Assembly (NCBI GenBank): GCA_964016885.1
Contig: OZ024742.1
Location: forward strand, 280,550,001-280,614,000
Source of the DNA: Eledone cirrhosa
Taxonomy: Eukaryota
Direction: 5' to 3'
DNA: 64,000 bases
Shown: in pieces, positions 45,754-58,825 of the stretch
Layout of the letters: each line of letters starts with the position of its first letter
Position numbering within the stretch: the first letter of the stretch is position 1
Position numbers and translations under genes: made by a program
The notes under the pieces: model-generated
What the model was told of the DNA's origin: nothing
Database searches by the model: none
The model's input: only the letters and a program-made list of their open reading frames with translations

Positions 45754-46069
45754 TTAGTAAAAGGAAAAGAAATGCTGACAAATTGTTCCCAGTGAAAGAT
45801 AGTTTAATTAGGAATTAGTAAAAATTAGTAATAATTATTGGTTAGTATTCAGTTTTAGTTCTTACCGGTTTTTTTACCGGTTTTTACCGGTTGCGCATAT
45901 CTAATGATTTTCAAAAATAATTTTGAGATAGAGCGCCCGTGATGTTTGCTCTAATCAGATTAGAGCAAACTGAATACTAACCAATACCTATTACTAATTT
46001 TTGCTTATTCCTAATTAAACTATTTTTCACTGGGAAAAATTTGTCAGCATTTTCTTTTCCTTTTACTAA
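45754..46069. repeat. Fold-back (about 100-bp arms) with an internal perfect hairpin
   Basis: 45754-45855 pairs with 45968-46069; internal gtttgctctaatc-a-gattagagcaaac. Confidence 0.8.
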
Positions 46070-46104
46070 TATATCACAACTCGTGTCTTACACCTCTATT
46101 CTTT

Positions 46105-46281
<177 letters not shown>

Positions 46282-46458
46282 GTTATATAGTAAGGTGTAT
46301 TATTGGTTGTGTCAATAAATTGTTGTTAGCAATATTAAGTTCTCCACGCTTTTGTATATCTCCATTTCCATTGATGGGAACAGCTAGATGATGTAAAACG
46401 GAGTAGTTGTATCAAAATAAAGATCCGAAGGCATGGTATAAATTTCCAATCATTTTAA

Positions 46459-46532
46459 TCACGATATATGTTTCAATAAGATATAAATCGATTGTGTAGC
46501 CATGATCGATTATCACTGATCTCGTCAGGTGA
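46459..46532 (-). ncRNA. Type I hammerhead with one helix III mismatch, in a PLE-like 3' end
   Basis: tcac CTGACGA gat..att GAAA catata TC gtga. The tail runs into (TA)n at about 46277. Confidence 0.65.
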
Positions 46533-46708
46533 AAATGAATTGTCTTCAAATCCCTGATATTAGGAAGAAAATTTGCGATGTTCACAGTGTTTAGTCCCTC
46601 ATATGAAGATCAAGCAGTCAAAACACGGCGACTGCTATCGTCCTCAGTTAGGGTCATAAAACTATCAAGTCTCTATCTCCCAATAGCTGTAAAAGACGCT
46701 GGACATCA

Positions 46709-46932
46709 ATCAAATCTGTAGAATTACAGTCGGTCACTGTTAATGTGAGTGGGTACACACACACTCACACACACCGACGCGAGGTTAAAGAAAAAAGAAA
46801 AAATATATACATATACCAACATAGCATCAAATCTGTAGAACTATAGACAGTCACAGTTAGTGTGAGTGAGTACACACACACTCACACACAGCAACGTGAG
46901 CTCAAAGAAAAAATATAAATATACCAACATAG
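46709..46932. repeat. Tandem direct repeat, about 115 bp x2
   Basis: atcaaatctgtagaa..tacacacacactcacacaca..ataccaacatag occurs twice. Confidence 0.8.
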
Positions 46933-48386
46933 TATTCACCGAAAGTTAGTTTACAAAACAACAAAATATGTTATATTGGTCAAATCTCAATTTGACTATG
47001 TAAATTGGAAAATTTGGGTCAACCACAACGCTATACACTCGCAAGTAAGTTCAGTTCAATGTTCAGCTATACGTGTATAGATTGAATTGTAACATCCATA
47101 TCTCCAAATAGTTTATATTATGGTATATACATATCCGTATCATCCAAAAAAAGGGCATGTTTTGGTACATAAACATCCTTGTGAAGAACAAATAGTCAGC
47201 TCATATCGAAATTAGTATGTGCTGGTGTCCCATTGAGAATCTGAGTCCCAAGATCTGTGCGTGCAAGCAACCGCCATGTAGGCCACCAAGGGGCTCTGTG
47301 TAGGGTTGCGTATTTCGGTTAAGATGTCAGTATGTGCGATTTCCTGTCATATGGGCCCTTGGGCTTTTAAGATAGAAGTTTGAGTGGTGGAGGTGTGATA
47401 TCCAACACAAAAATAAAAATAAAATAAAATAAAATAAAATAACAAAGAATCGCAAAATCCAGAGGATGTGTGTAGTCCCATTAATGGTGTGTAAGTATTA
47501 TTGTCCAATCTGTAACCGTGAGCACTCCATGGTTAGATGATCCCGGATCAAAACCTAGTGTGGTGTTCAATCGATAGGAACGTGACCAGTCATAACTGTA
47601 GGAACTCAGTGTCTAAAGAAACCAAGAACTCTGTGTAGAGTTATGTATAGAGAGCGTTGGGAAGTCAAGCGCTAAACGACGGTAAAGTGGTAAGATTGTG
47701 AGTTCGATTCAGCGTAGTGCGTTTCGTCTTTCAGATAGGGAATTTATTTCGTGTTGTTCCAGTCTACTCAGAGTTGTAGGTGCTATTAACAAAAGACGGC
47801 TTCTTTAAACAGTGACGCGTTGAATTAAACTGATAATTAAGTATACACGTGTCAGTGGAATGATAAGTCAGCTGCACTTTAGTTTTGCGCGCCGTCTGTG
47901 CTTGTATATACGTGTGCATGTGTGTGTGTGTTTGTCAGTTGCTCCTGTATATGAATGATTATGCGCGCGTGTATGTATCCGCGCATGATTTCACGTTTGT
48001 GTGCCCGTGTACGTATATTTCTGTGACTTACGGTATGCTTCTCTATATATGTATGTGTGAACATGTGTGTGTGTTTCAGGAATACTTATTACAGATTTAA
48101 AATATCACTTGTGTCAGGGAAATTGAAAAGTTTCCGATTCAATGCAACTATAATGTAATATTTATTTGTTGCATAGATTTACACATTAACATACATACAA
48201 ATGTTGTTGTTGTTAGTGCTGATTGTTGTTGTTGTTGTTGTCGTTGTTGTTGTTTTTCAGACGCAGATGTGGGTGTACTAATTAAAAGAGACGATGATGT
48301 TTTGTAAACCCATATAACACTTATGCTGCAACATCTTAATTGCTTTTCCAGATAAACAAAATCTACATATATATTCTCAATTATAC

Positions 48387-48417
<31 letters not shown>

Positions 48418-48424
48418 TGTATGT

Positions 48425-48962
48425 TATCTCTTTCTTTTAATTTAGAGTATATTTTTGACCGGCCACCTTCCTGGTGGCAAGGTTGTAAAAGAAAAGAAAT
48501 TATCATACCTTGAATCGCAAGAATGTTTTACAAATTTTGAAGTTGCCAGCTATCGCAGCCATTTGTAGACTATGAATTAGGAAGTTGCGCTCTTTGTTCG
48601 CAAATCCAAGTTCAGTCATACTTTGGTCCAAGCGGGTTGGTATATAAGCCGTAGCTCCAATAATGTTGGGTATGAAACTAAAGATGTATCTTGGATACTG
48701 GATTTGTAAACTCCTCATCAATTGTCCGTAGATGTCTTTCTTCTCCTGTATTTTTCTAACAACGTTTACATCAAGTGGGCAGCTGATCTCCACAACAGAA
48801 CACCTTTTCAATGTGAGGTCCCAAACAACAATATCAGGCCGGATGTACTTTAATTTGGTGGCAGTTTTTATTTTCAGGTTCCACCAGTATTCTTAAGTGC
48901 CATCTGTCTCAATATATTCTTTCGCAGCTTGCAACAATGTGGCTTACATCTTCGATCTTTGT
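48425..48962 (-). mobile_element. 3' end of an R4-like LINE with a restriction-like endonuclease
   Basis: RPDIVVWDLTLKRCSVVEISCPLD..K..Y..L..IP.IIGA; (ATGT)n on both sides. Confidence 0.8.
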
Positions 48963-49849
48963 TTATGTATGTATGTATGTATGTATGTATGTATGTATGT
49001 ATGTATGTATGTATGTATGTATGTATGTAGGTATGTATGTAAACGTATGTAATTTTTCTCAGCTCGCTCTTAAGACAAACTGTCTCAGAATCGGGCCGTC
49101 GGTGTCTAAAGCGACAACCACACCAAATTTGATTGACCAGGATGAGGATTTTGGACAGCCTACAGGATGAAAAACAAAACCACATAAAGGGCGGAGGAAT
49201 TCATGAGAGTCGACGGCCTTTTCATAGCACATACATATACATATATTGTGTCGGTGCGTAAATATATATATATTCGGTTTGGTGGGGGGTAGTTTTCGCG
49301 TGCGTATGTGTGTGCATACATAATATATATATATAAGTAGAAATTTTTCTAAAAATCTTTAAATATTTATTAAATATTTATTTATTAGGATAAACCTGCA
49401 GTTGATACAACTGGAAATAATCTTTTTTTTCCTGCGAGGCCACTCTGGAAACAATTGCAGTGATACAGCTACCAATCATCTTGCGTCCGTTTCTGATTTG
49501 TTTCTGGCTCTTAATACTTAGAGAGTAGAAAGTGTGTTGCACAAGCACATGCTACTTTGAACTTCTTTTGCAGATGCCTCTTCAATGTCCTTGTGCAGAT
49601 GCCTCTTAAAATAACTAAAGAGGTGCTAATCTACACGCAGGTGTCATAATACTTACTTAACGTCCTTGCGAGCTTTTGGAGTAGGAATTGTTTTGTGCGG
49701 AATCTTTGGTGTCAGAGCAGCCCTTTCAAGTGTGAACATTGATCCCCCGAATCGAGTCTGAGTTGCGATTGTTGAAAGAGAATTGAGCAGGTTGAATATT
49801 GATATAATTGCAGGCTCTGAAACTCGCGAGAGTGGTGAAGGTCACCTGA

Positions 49850-50245
49850 TAAGGACTGGTAATGGCTATACGTTCTTCAACATAGGGAAAGCAAATGGCT
49901 ACGGATATAACAAAGTGGCCTGTACAAGAAGGCATTAGTGATGAAATTATTCATCTGCGAGTTCCTCTTTCAAGGAGACGTTTCATGACTGCCATTCTGT
50001 GTCTTCCCGTAACCTGGATTGTATTCAGGAATCAATCATAGCTTTGTACCACGATTTACGAGCCAAAGGAGATACACAAGGAAACAAGGTTACATAAATA
50101 CAAACATGGACACACCTTGAATGATATCACCACCAGGAAGAGCAAAAGCCAGTCTTATGTTTGGGAAGCTTGAGAAGCGAGTATGGTCAGATTGGTTATC
50201 ACGAAAGACACAAAGCTCTCTATGTATGATGCCTGTGTTCTATGA
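49850..50245 (+). mobile_element. Heavily decayed RTE/BovB-like LINE remnant
   Basis: Fragments DEIIHLRVPL (APE-like) and KASLMFGKLEKRVW..TKLSMYDACV (RT C-terminus-like). Confidence 0.45.
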
Positions 50246-50396
50246 ACATGCATCGCTAAGTACCATATACGAAATAGTAGCATAAACACTCACTCGGTCA
50301 CACTCACACACACACACACACACGCACATATATCTATCTATCTACCTATCTATATATCGATCGATCTATCTATCTACCTATCTCACTCTCTCTCTC

Positions 50397-50440
<44 letters not shown>

Positions 50441-50445
<5 letters not shown>

Positions 50446-50472
50446 AAATGTGGAGAGGAAGCACACGAGTTA

Positions 50473-50524
<52 letters not shown>

Positions 50525-50558
50525 CCTAACTCGTGTGCTTCCTCTCCACATTTTATTA
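50441..50558. repeat. 35-bp inverted repeat centred on (TA)n
   Basis: taataaaatgtggagaggaagcacacgagttagga and its exact reverse complement. Confidence 0.9.
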
Positions 50559-50574
50559 TATATATGTATATATA

Positions 50575-53030
50575 AACAAACGCAACTACACTAACCAACA
50601 TTAATAACACAGCATGTGATATTGTTAAGAAACTGAAAATTGACGACAGAACGGTACCCCTATCTCCAGCTACACCGACTTTTAATCTGAAGGACCATAA
50701 GGATAACTTCGATACTAACCCTTAAATTAGATTAATATGTCCACAAAGTCCGATATAGGTAGAATTAGTAAGTACATATTAGATCGTATTATCCCCCAAG
50801 TTAAGGCTAAGGTAGATATTAAATTATGGGGTAATACTCATCAGGCAATAAGATGGTTCAATAACAAATCTTCTTTTATTCAATTCGATATAGACGAATA
50901 CTATTCCTCTGTTTCACCCGAAACCCTGCATAAGGCCCTCTCTTTCGCTAAGACTAACTCGGACCTCACAAACGAGGAAATTAATATTATACTTGAAGCT
51001 AGACGCACAGTAGTGCACTTTGAAAATAGTTATTGCGTCCGCAGAGATAGACCCTCGGAATTCGACATTATGATGGGTTCTAATGATTCGGCGGAGGTCA
51101 CGGATCTGGTTGGGATCTATATAGCCCATAGACTCCAGAGCGAATTTACGGACCTCCACGGCGGAATATACCGCGACGATACACTTCTATTAGTCAAGAA
51201 TATGAACAAACAAAACCTAGAAAGGCGACGTGAAAACATTAGGAAACTTTTCTTAGAACTAGGGCTTAATATTACCTTCGAACACAATCTTAAGGTGGTC
51301 AACTTCTTGGATGTCACCTTCAACCTTAATAACGGTAATATAAAGCCATTTCACAAACTTAATGAAAATCTCAAGTACCTTAATGTAAAATCGAACCATC
51401 CTCATTCCATTATTAAATCTATCCCTAAAAAATATATCCATAAGGATCTCCCGACTGTCGTCTAATTTGCAGACCTTCAACGAGCATGCTGAATATTATA
51501 ATGACTCACTTAGAAAAGCTGGTTACTGCGAGAAAATAGAATATCTAGACGATAACCACATAAGTACTAGGAATAAAACACATCTAAGTCGAACTAGTAT
51601 TGCACCACACACACATATCAATAGGCATACTAATAGGTGCAAACCAGCAAATAGAGTCAGACGCAGAGAGTACATATGGTATAACCCCGTGTACAATTCT
51701 TCTATTAGCACTAAGATTATCTCACAATTCTATACACTAATCAATAAACACTTTACAACTTCACATAAATACTATAAAATCTTTAACTCGCGCACCATTA
51801 GACTCTCATACTCCACTGCACCTAACATAGAACAACTAATTAAGAAACTCAACCCAGCAATACTGAACAACGCACTAACACGCAACTACAATCCCACCAA
51901 ACTATCCAGGATTCTACTGCAAAACATAAAAATAATTGTAACTGCACCAAACTGGTTTGGTGCAGTTACGTGTTACAGTTACAATTTGGTGCAGTTACGT
52001 GCCCACTGAATAACCAGTGCCTAGCACGCAATATTGTCTACCGATGTACAATAAATTCCGGAACCAACAAATGGTATTACGTCGGATGTACCGCAACTTC
52101 TTTCAAGGCTCGCCTATACCAACATCGATCTTCGATAAGGCACGAGAAAATGCGCTCCGTAACAACCCTCGCCGATAAAGCCTGGCGGCTCCGGAGGAAC
52201 AATCAAGCATTCTCCCTTGATTGGCAAATTATTGCAGGTGCGCCTGCATATAAGCAAAATCATCGATTCTGCAAGTTATGCAATTTGGAGACATACTGCA
52301 TTTTAACGTCGGTAAACAAACTTTGAACAGCAAAATTGAACGTTCTCTATACTGTAACCATCGTTTGAAAACGACTTTTTCTTTTTTTAAATGCATATAA
52401 TGTTACCTTTTTACACCACCGTTTGCAAATTTCTGTTTTATATGTTTATACACAAGATATGGCTTTCTATAATAATAGTACTAAACACTGTTTTCTGGAC
52501 CCCTTTAGAAATAACCTGCTACTATAATAGCCCCAATAACTTGTCTGTGACACTGTACCACTTTGAACCCTTTAATTAAATTTTGTCCGAACAACACCAC
52601 TAGCAGAATTTACTTCCCCCGCCAACCCTAACACGCCTCATTAAGCTAACTGCTGCCAAAACATTCTCCCCTTACTCACTTCCCTCTTCCCCTTCTCTTC
52701 CTACCTCCTTCTTTATCTTTTATCTAGTGTATAAAATATTTTCCTATCATTCCAATACAAAGGTCTGACGACATGGTGTGTTTGCTTACGGTGTACCTTC
52801 GGTTTATGATAATATTTTTATATTATTCAAATAGCGAGGTATAGGTAACCCATACACTATAGAAACAATTGTTACCTAATAAATTCTGTATACCCGCATT
52901 TCCATTTCATAAACTTCTTCTCCATATTTTCTCCGGATTTTAAAACACACTTTATTATACGTTGAGCAATCTCTGACGTCGGTTGACTCCATCCAATGCA
53001 ACTACTTAGTAACAGTGGAATACAAATTTA

Positions 53031-53033
<3 letters not shown>
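50575..53033 (+). mobile_element. Decayed Naiad-like Penelope element
   Basis: LKDHKDNF..NP.IRLI, KSDIGRISK, FIQFDI, MGSNDSAEV, GIYRDD, NIVY..YVGCT and CKLC, with frameshifts. HHR at 52761-52877; ends at (TA)n. Confidence 0.93.
52761..52877 (+). ncRNA. Type I hammerhead with a long helix II
   Basis: aggt CTGACGA c atggtgtg..tacactat a GAAA caattg TT acct. Confidence 0.78.
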
Positions 53034-53093
<60 letters not shown>

Positions 53094-53099
<6 letters not shown>

Positions 53100-54660
53100 A
53101 CAGGGAGAAGGAGACGATTATTAGGAAGAAAAATTTTTTTTTTTCCTTTTTTTATCTCTCTCTCTCTCTCTTTTCTGGGTTAGAAAATTATTAAAACGAA
53201 ATGTTTTACTTTGTGTGAAGTGTTAAGGTAATAGTTGATTTATTTATTAATTAACAATGGCATTTATTTATCTATTTATATATTTAATAATTGTCTATTA
53301 CCGGTTTCAGCATTTTTATGCTTTATCAAATGATAGTGGTATGTATTGGTGTAGAATGGTGGTGTTGCACATGTTACAGAATTTGTGCAGAAAGAATAAT
53401 GTTATTTACAAACAAGGTTTATGAAGTGAAAAGAAAAAAAGAAAAAAGAAATAAAAGGAACGTAATGTCGAGCATAACAATTCAATGTGACAGAAAAATA
53501 ATGTTATTTACAGGCATAGTTCTTGATGTTAAGTAGATCAAAATGTGTTAATATAGCAAGGGTGCTTAGTTGATCCATGATTCCATGATGGAAGCAAATT
53601 GTGGACTAGGGTTTGATATGATTTCCTTTTTTAGAGAGTTAATATGCAGGGCGAGGCAATTCATGCTGGATGATATTTAATTTATTTAAACAAGGACAAT
53701 ATTTCACAGTTAAACACAACTTTACTTGTGCATATGAAAACCTAATCTATGTTTTGACCTGCTCAGGTTGTCAAGAGCACTACACAGGACAGACAAAAAA
53801 TAGCCTACGTCAACGTATGACCGTCCATAAATCATAAATTAAAATACAGGAATACAGAAAGATGGCATTTAGTGAACATAGCGGCCAATTGTGCACAGAA
53901 CCAACATCCAAACATTAAAATGTTATCCATTTACAAATTCATAGACAACGTACTTTCATCCATCGTAACAATAGGGAAACATATTTCATTAACAAATTCC
54001 AACCTCTAATAAATGCACTAAACTTCGGACCAAACTAAAACTGGAACAAACAATCAAACATTTACAAGAGTTACCTCCCTCACACCCTACCTAATCCTTT
54101 TTATTAAATGAATTAAATATCATCCAGCATAAATTGTCTCACCCTGCATATTAACTCACTAAAAAGGGAAATCATATCAAACCCCAGTCCACTATTTTCC
54201 TCCATCATGGAATCATGGATCAACTAAGCACCCTTGCTATATTAACACATTTTGATCTGCTTAACATTATTTGTTCATTCACATTGAGTTTTTATGCTCT
54301 ACATTACGGTCCTTCTTTTTATTTGATTTTTTTTTATTTTCACTTCATAAACTTTGTTTGTAAATAACATTATTCTTTCTGCACCATTTCTTTAAAATGT
54401 GCAACACCAATGCATACCACTATCATTTTATAATGCATAAAAATGCTGAAACCAGTAATAGACAATTATTAAATATATAAATAGATAAATAAATGCCATT
54501 GTTAATTAATAAATAAATCAACTAATACCTTAACACTTCACACGAAGTAAAACATTTCGTTTTAATCATTTTCTAACCCAGAAAAGAAAGAGAGAGAGAT
54601 AAAAAAAGGAAACAAATATTTTTTTCTTCCTAATAATCGTCTCTTTCTCCCTGTTTTCAT
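53094..54660 (+). mobile_element. Neptune-like PLE GIY-YIG fragment between ~580-bp inverted repeats
   Basis: From 53691 it translates to FTVKHNFTC.YENLIYVLTCSGCQEHYTGQTKNSLRQRMTVHK and ends RETYFINKFQP. 53094-53690 is the reverse complement of about 54100-54660. Not shown in the ORF track. Confidence 0.8.
53295..53336 (-). ncRNA. Minimal hammerhead with U3-A8 core and weak helix I
   Basis: ctatcat TTGATAA agcat aaaa atgct GAAA ccgg TA atag. The mirror copy at about 54420-54461 is degenerate. Confidence 0.55.
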
Positions 54661-54690
54661 ATATATATATAATAAATATATATATATATA

Positions 54691-54746
54691 TATTTATTAA
54701 AATAACAGATTAAAGTTTAAGCAAAGAATCGCTGCTTTCACCCTTA
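54691..54746 (-). mobile_element. Extreme 3' end of the 8.5-kb PLE family
   Basis: The reverse complement matches about 10465-10520. A related fragment lies at about 18298-18348. Confidence 0.85.
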
Positions 54747-54752
54747 TATATA

Positions 54753-55106
54753 TATATAAGTATGTATACGTACATACATATATGTATAAAGACGTACAGT
54801 AGTATGTATATATATATACATACATGCACACATATATATATGTACGTATGGACTAACCGAACATTTATTATAATGCTCGGTGTGTTTGTAAACAAACATC
54901 CCGATTTAAGCCGCATTAAGGGCAACGATGGTTGGTAAACACTGTACGGTTTAATTCGGGATGTTTGTTGACAAACACACCGAGCGTTATAATAGATGTT
55001 CGGTAAATCCATACGTACATAAATATATCTGTGCATGTATGTATATATATATACATACTACTGTACGTCTGTATACATATATGTATGTACGTATACATAC
55101 TTATAT
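54753..55106. repeat. Fold-back with about 160-bp arms
   Basis: 54753-54915 pairs with 54945-55106; no HHR core seen. Confidence 0.85.
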
Positions 55107-55933
55107 TTAAGTAATAGCCGTACTAAGAGTGAGAAATGAAACTTCGTTTCATTTTTTCCGTTTATATTATGTAATGATACCAAGAGATTTTTGTATCAAC
55201 TTTGTATAGATATTTAATGTAAAAAATGAATTTCGAAACTAATATGCTTTAAGCATTAATGCTTTGATAACTCAGCTTTAGCCGCCTTAATATTAGCTAA
55301 TCGTTAAGTTATAGAATTAATGAATTCTGAAATTACACGTACAGTTATTTCGAATTACATTTCCTGTAAATTATTCATTAATTTAGATCGTATTGCAATA
55401 CGTCTTTTTTTTTAATATATCATTCAACCGTTGTAACACACCGCGTCGCTCCATCGATTTCGCTTAGCGGGTAACGTTTCTTTTCTCTTGGTTTTGCCTA
55501 GCGGATCATATTTAGGGTCGATTTTGCTTAGCAGTACATATTAAACGTTGGCATTGCTTAGTGGGTGATATTTTACGTTGTTTTTATTTATTGGGTTATA
55601 TTTTGCGTCAGTTCCTTTTAGTGGCTACCATATTGTAAAGGACTTGCTTATTAGCTCATATCTTGTTCAGTCCTCATATCTTGTGGCTGTGAGTCACATG
55701 GTATGAATATACTACAAAACCATAGCCGCTTACTGACTTGTGGTTCATCAAACGGAAGAAGATTTCTTCCTCCAACTTTTGAAAGCCTATAAATGAAGTT
55801 GAGGAGGCATGCGACTCAGGGATTAAGGAGTTGAATTTAACATAATTTGCCCGAGCTTTCCATTTGCGCTGCATTTTTTAGGAAGCTATTTTATTTCACG
55901 TTATTCTGTCTGCCATGTGGTGCGACCGGGAAA

Positions 55934-56110
55934 TAATTGTCTCTATTTGTGGCACAAGGCCAGTAATTATCCAAGTGCATTACTGGTGCTTTACTTTATC
56001 GACCCCCGTAGGGATTAAAGGCACAGTTAATCTCGGCGGGATTTGAACTCAAGCCGTAAAGGGGCGTAACTATGCTGCAATGCATGGCATGCGACATTCT
56101 ACCGATACTG
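55934..56110 (-). mobile_element. tRNA-derived SINE
   Basis: Same family as 18060. Confidence 0.8.
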
Positions 56111-57062
56111 AATACTGTATAAGCTGTCCGATCTAATGACAGGCTCCTTTTCCTCTTTTCTCTCCTTTAAATAAAGTGTATTTTCAACAGATTCTCGAGG
56201 AGTGCTGATACATCTATCAGAGAAACCGCGTATATAAGAGCGTGACTCAATAAATGCTTTAACCCTTTACTAATCTGGATTGCTATACCGACAATTGGAA
56301 GCACTGCTTCCTTGATTCGATCTGAATGTGGTCTTCTTTCCTCTTTTTTTTTCCATTAAATGACCAATTTTTCTAAAGATATTCGTAGAGAGCGAATACT
56401 TATGTAAGAATAAGTAGGAACACCAGGAGATGATTGAATTGATATTTCACCCATTTTATAAAATTAGATATTATTCCAAGATTCCTGAATTCCTAATGTC
56501 TTTTGCTGGAACAGACCACCCTCAGACTGAATAACAATCCTTCAACTTTGAAATAAGGAATTTTTTTGGAATGTTATGCTCCAGGCATAACATTTTGTGG
56601 GTGTTTCGCAATTTTACTCCAAACAAATATACATTAGACGCGTTAATGTAAAACATTGAAATACATAAATTTTATAATAAACTTCTGGGTGTCTGTTTAT
56701 TTACATCTAGCATACTTTTGATTATATATATATATATATATATATATGTTTATTGTATATAAACGTATAAAAGTTTATACACATTATTATATAACCTCTC
56801 TCTCCTGTTCTCTCTCTCTCTCTATATATATATATATGTGTGTGTGTGTATATATATATATGTGTGTATGTGTGTGTGTATCTGCGTGTGGGTATGTGTA
56901 TGAGTGTGTGTATGTGTGTATGTGTTACTTTGTGACTTTGTGTGTGTATATATGCGCTTTACTGTGTACTTACGTATGTTTGGAACTATGTCTGTTAGTG
57001 GACGTGACACTATATTATTGTAGTCATTACTTTCATTCAACGCTGTCAGATATGGTTTCCAC

Positions 57063-57178
57063 ATAATTGTTTCTACTTTTGGCACGAGGCCAGCAATTAC
57101 CCAGTGCATTACTGGTACTTTATTTCATCGACCCGGTAAGGATGAAAGGCAAAGTTAACCTCGGCCTTTCATCCTTAC
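57063..57178 (-). mobile_element. 5'-truncated SINE ending in a short inversion
   Basis: SINE 3' half followed by gcctttcatccttac, the reverse complement of 57136-57150. Confidence 0.75.
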
Positions 57179-57374
57179 GTCCACATAATAATATGTTCTG
57201 AGAAACCTGAACAACCAAACTAGCATGGAGAGCATCATTGGGATAAAAGAAAAAGGATTTCACCAACTGTGAAAGTCGTAGAGATTCAATCCTAATACTT
57301 GGTGTGTTATGAATATTCAGGACTGGCGTAGCCTAACAGCCACAGCAAATGTCTTCCAGAGACACAATGACAGA

Positions 57375-57416
<42 letters not shown>

Positions 57417-57435
57417 GATAGAGAGAGAAAGAGAT

Positions 57436-57477
<42 letters not shown>

Positions 57478-57757
57478 AGACAGAGAGAGAGAGAGAGAGA
57501 GAGAGATGTGGGAGGGAATAGTAAAGATACAGGATGAATCGACTGGCATTTTATTTGTCGACCTGGATAGGATTAAATTCAATTTTAACCTTGACGTTAT
57601 ATCAACCACGAACATTTGAGCCGGGACAAATACGATGCCACAATAACACTCCTTACTCACTGCCTCAAAATTGAAATATTGTTAAAGTCCAAGAATATAA
57701 AAAGTATGGCTAGAGAGAAGCAAAATAACGTATGAGAAGCATAGAAGGAGATCGTGT

Positions 57758-57801
<44 letters not shown>

Positions 57802-57865
57802 GGGTTCAATTGGGGGTAACCACATCATATAAACTACTCAATACATATCTAAGCATAAATATCAG

Positions 57866-57917
57866 TGCTTCGTGATGATTTCTCCCGAATGAAACAGTTC
57901 CGGCCCTGTAGAAGGCA
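57866..57917 (+). ncRNA. Degenerate type I hammerhead (C3 to G)
   Basis: tgcttc GTGATGA tttc tccc gaat GAAA cag..ctg TA gaaggca. Confidence 0.55.
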
Positions 57918-58242
57918 TTTCTATATTAAATATATATCAATATATATATAAAAACAAATAACGAAACGAAATTAAATTTCGCTTCGTTTGTAACTCACTT
58001 TTGTATGACTGACGCTTAAACAATTAAGTTAAAAATGTACATCCATATATGTATACTGAAATACTAGTATGCATATGAATACACACACGTATACATATGT
58101 AGATGTACCAAGTCTTTCACTGGTTACTTTACTGTGAGTATCCAGCTATTCTGTATGTAAACACACAGAGAAACCGGTTTTTAGAGTCATACTGGTTTTT
58201 GAGGAAACACCTTTCCTCTATTCTCCAGAAAGCCAGACAAGG

Positions 58243-58287
58243 AATATTGAACTAGTTTCGTTGTTGTTACAACTCATCAGCAATATT
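58243..58287 (-). ncRNA. Minimal type I hammerhead ribozyme
   Basis: aatattg CTGATGA gttg taacaa caac GAAA ctag TT caatatt: perfect core and helices. Confidence 0.9.
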
Positions 58288-58708
58288 TACCTATCTACCG
58301 GCCTTTCTGGAGAATCGTAAAAGCACATATCGTTATATGCTTTTTCTATGAAAATTAGTAGTGGGCAGACTAATTTGCATAGAGTGTGAGTACGTACCGG
58401 TTCAACGGAGACGATAAAAACAAATAACGAAACGAAATTAAATTTCGCTTCGTTTGTAACTCACTTTTGTATGACTGACGCTTAAACAATTAAGTTAACA
58501 ATGTACATCCATATATGTATACTGAAATACTAGTATGCATATGAATACACACACGTATACATATGTAGATGTACCAAGTCTTTCACTGGTTACTTTACTG
58601 TGAGTATCCAGCTATTCTGTATGTAAACACACAGACAAACCGGTTTTTAGAGTCATACTGGTTTTTGAGGAAACACCTTTCCTATATTCTCCAGAAAGCC
58701 AGACAAGG

Positions 58709-58753
58709 AATATTGAACTAGTTTCGTTGTTGTTACAACTCATCAGCAATATT
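58709..58753 (-). ncRNA. Minimal type I hammerhead ribozyme, second copy
   Basis: Identical to 58243-58287. Confidence 0.9.
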
Positions 58754-58825
58754 TACCTATCTACCGGCCTTTCTGGAGAATCGTAAAAGCACATATCGTT
58801 ATATGCTTTTTCTATGAAAATTATA

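Larger units (their letters stand above)
57948..58823 (-). mobile_element. 466-bp tandem dimer with one intact hammerhead per unit (retrozyme-like)
   Basis: 57948-58357 is repeated at 58414-58823 (about 3 substitutions by eye) with a 56-bp spacer. Non-coding and TA-flanked. Confidence 0.85.

Noticed and set aside
48261-48307. Possible terminal exon after tttttcag
   Set aside because: Too short to distinguish from chance.
55735-55787. Possible minus-strand micro-exon ending in gtaagc
   Set aside because: Weak acceptor and no homology recognisable by eye.
56190-56245. Hairpin ctgata/tatcag followed by GAAA
   Set aside because: The core and helices I and III are too degenerate to call a hammerhead.
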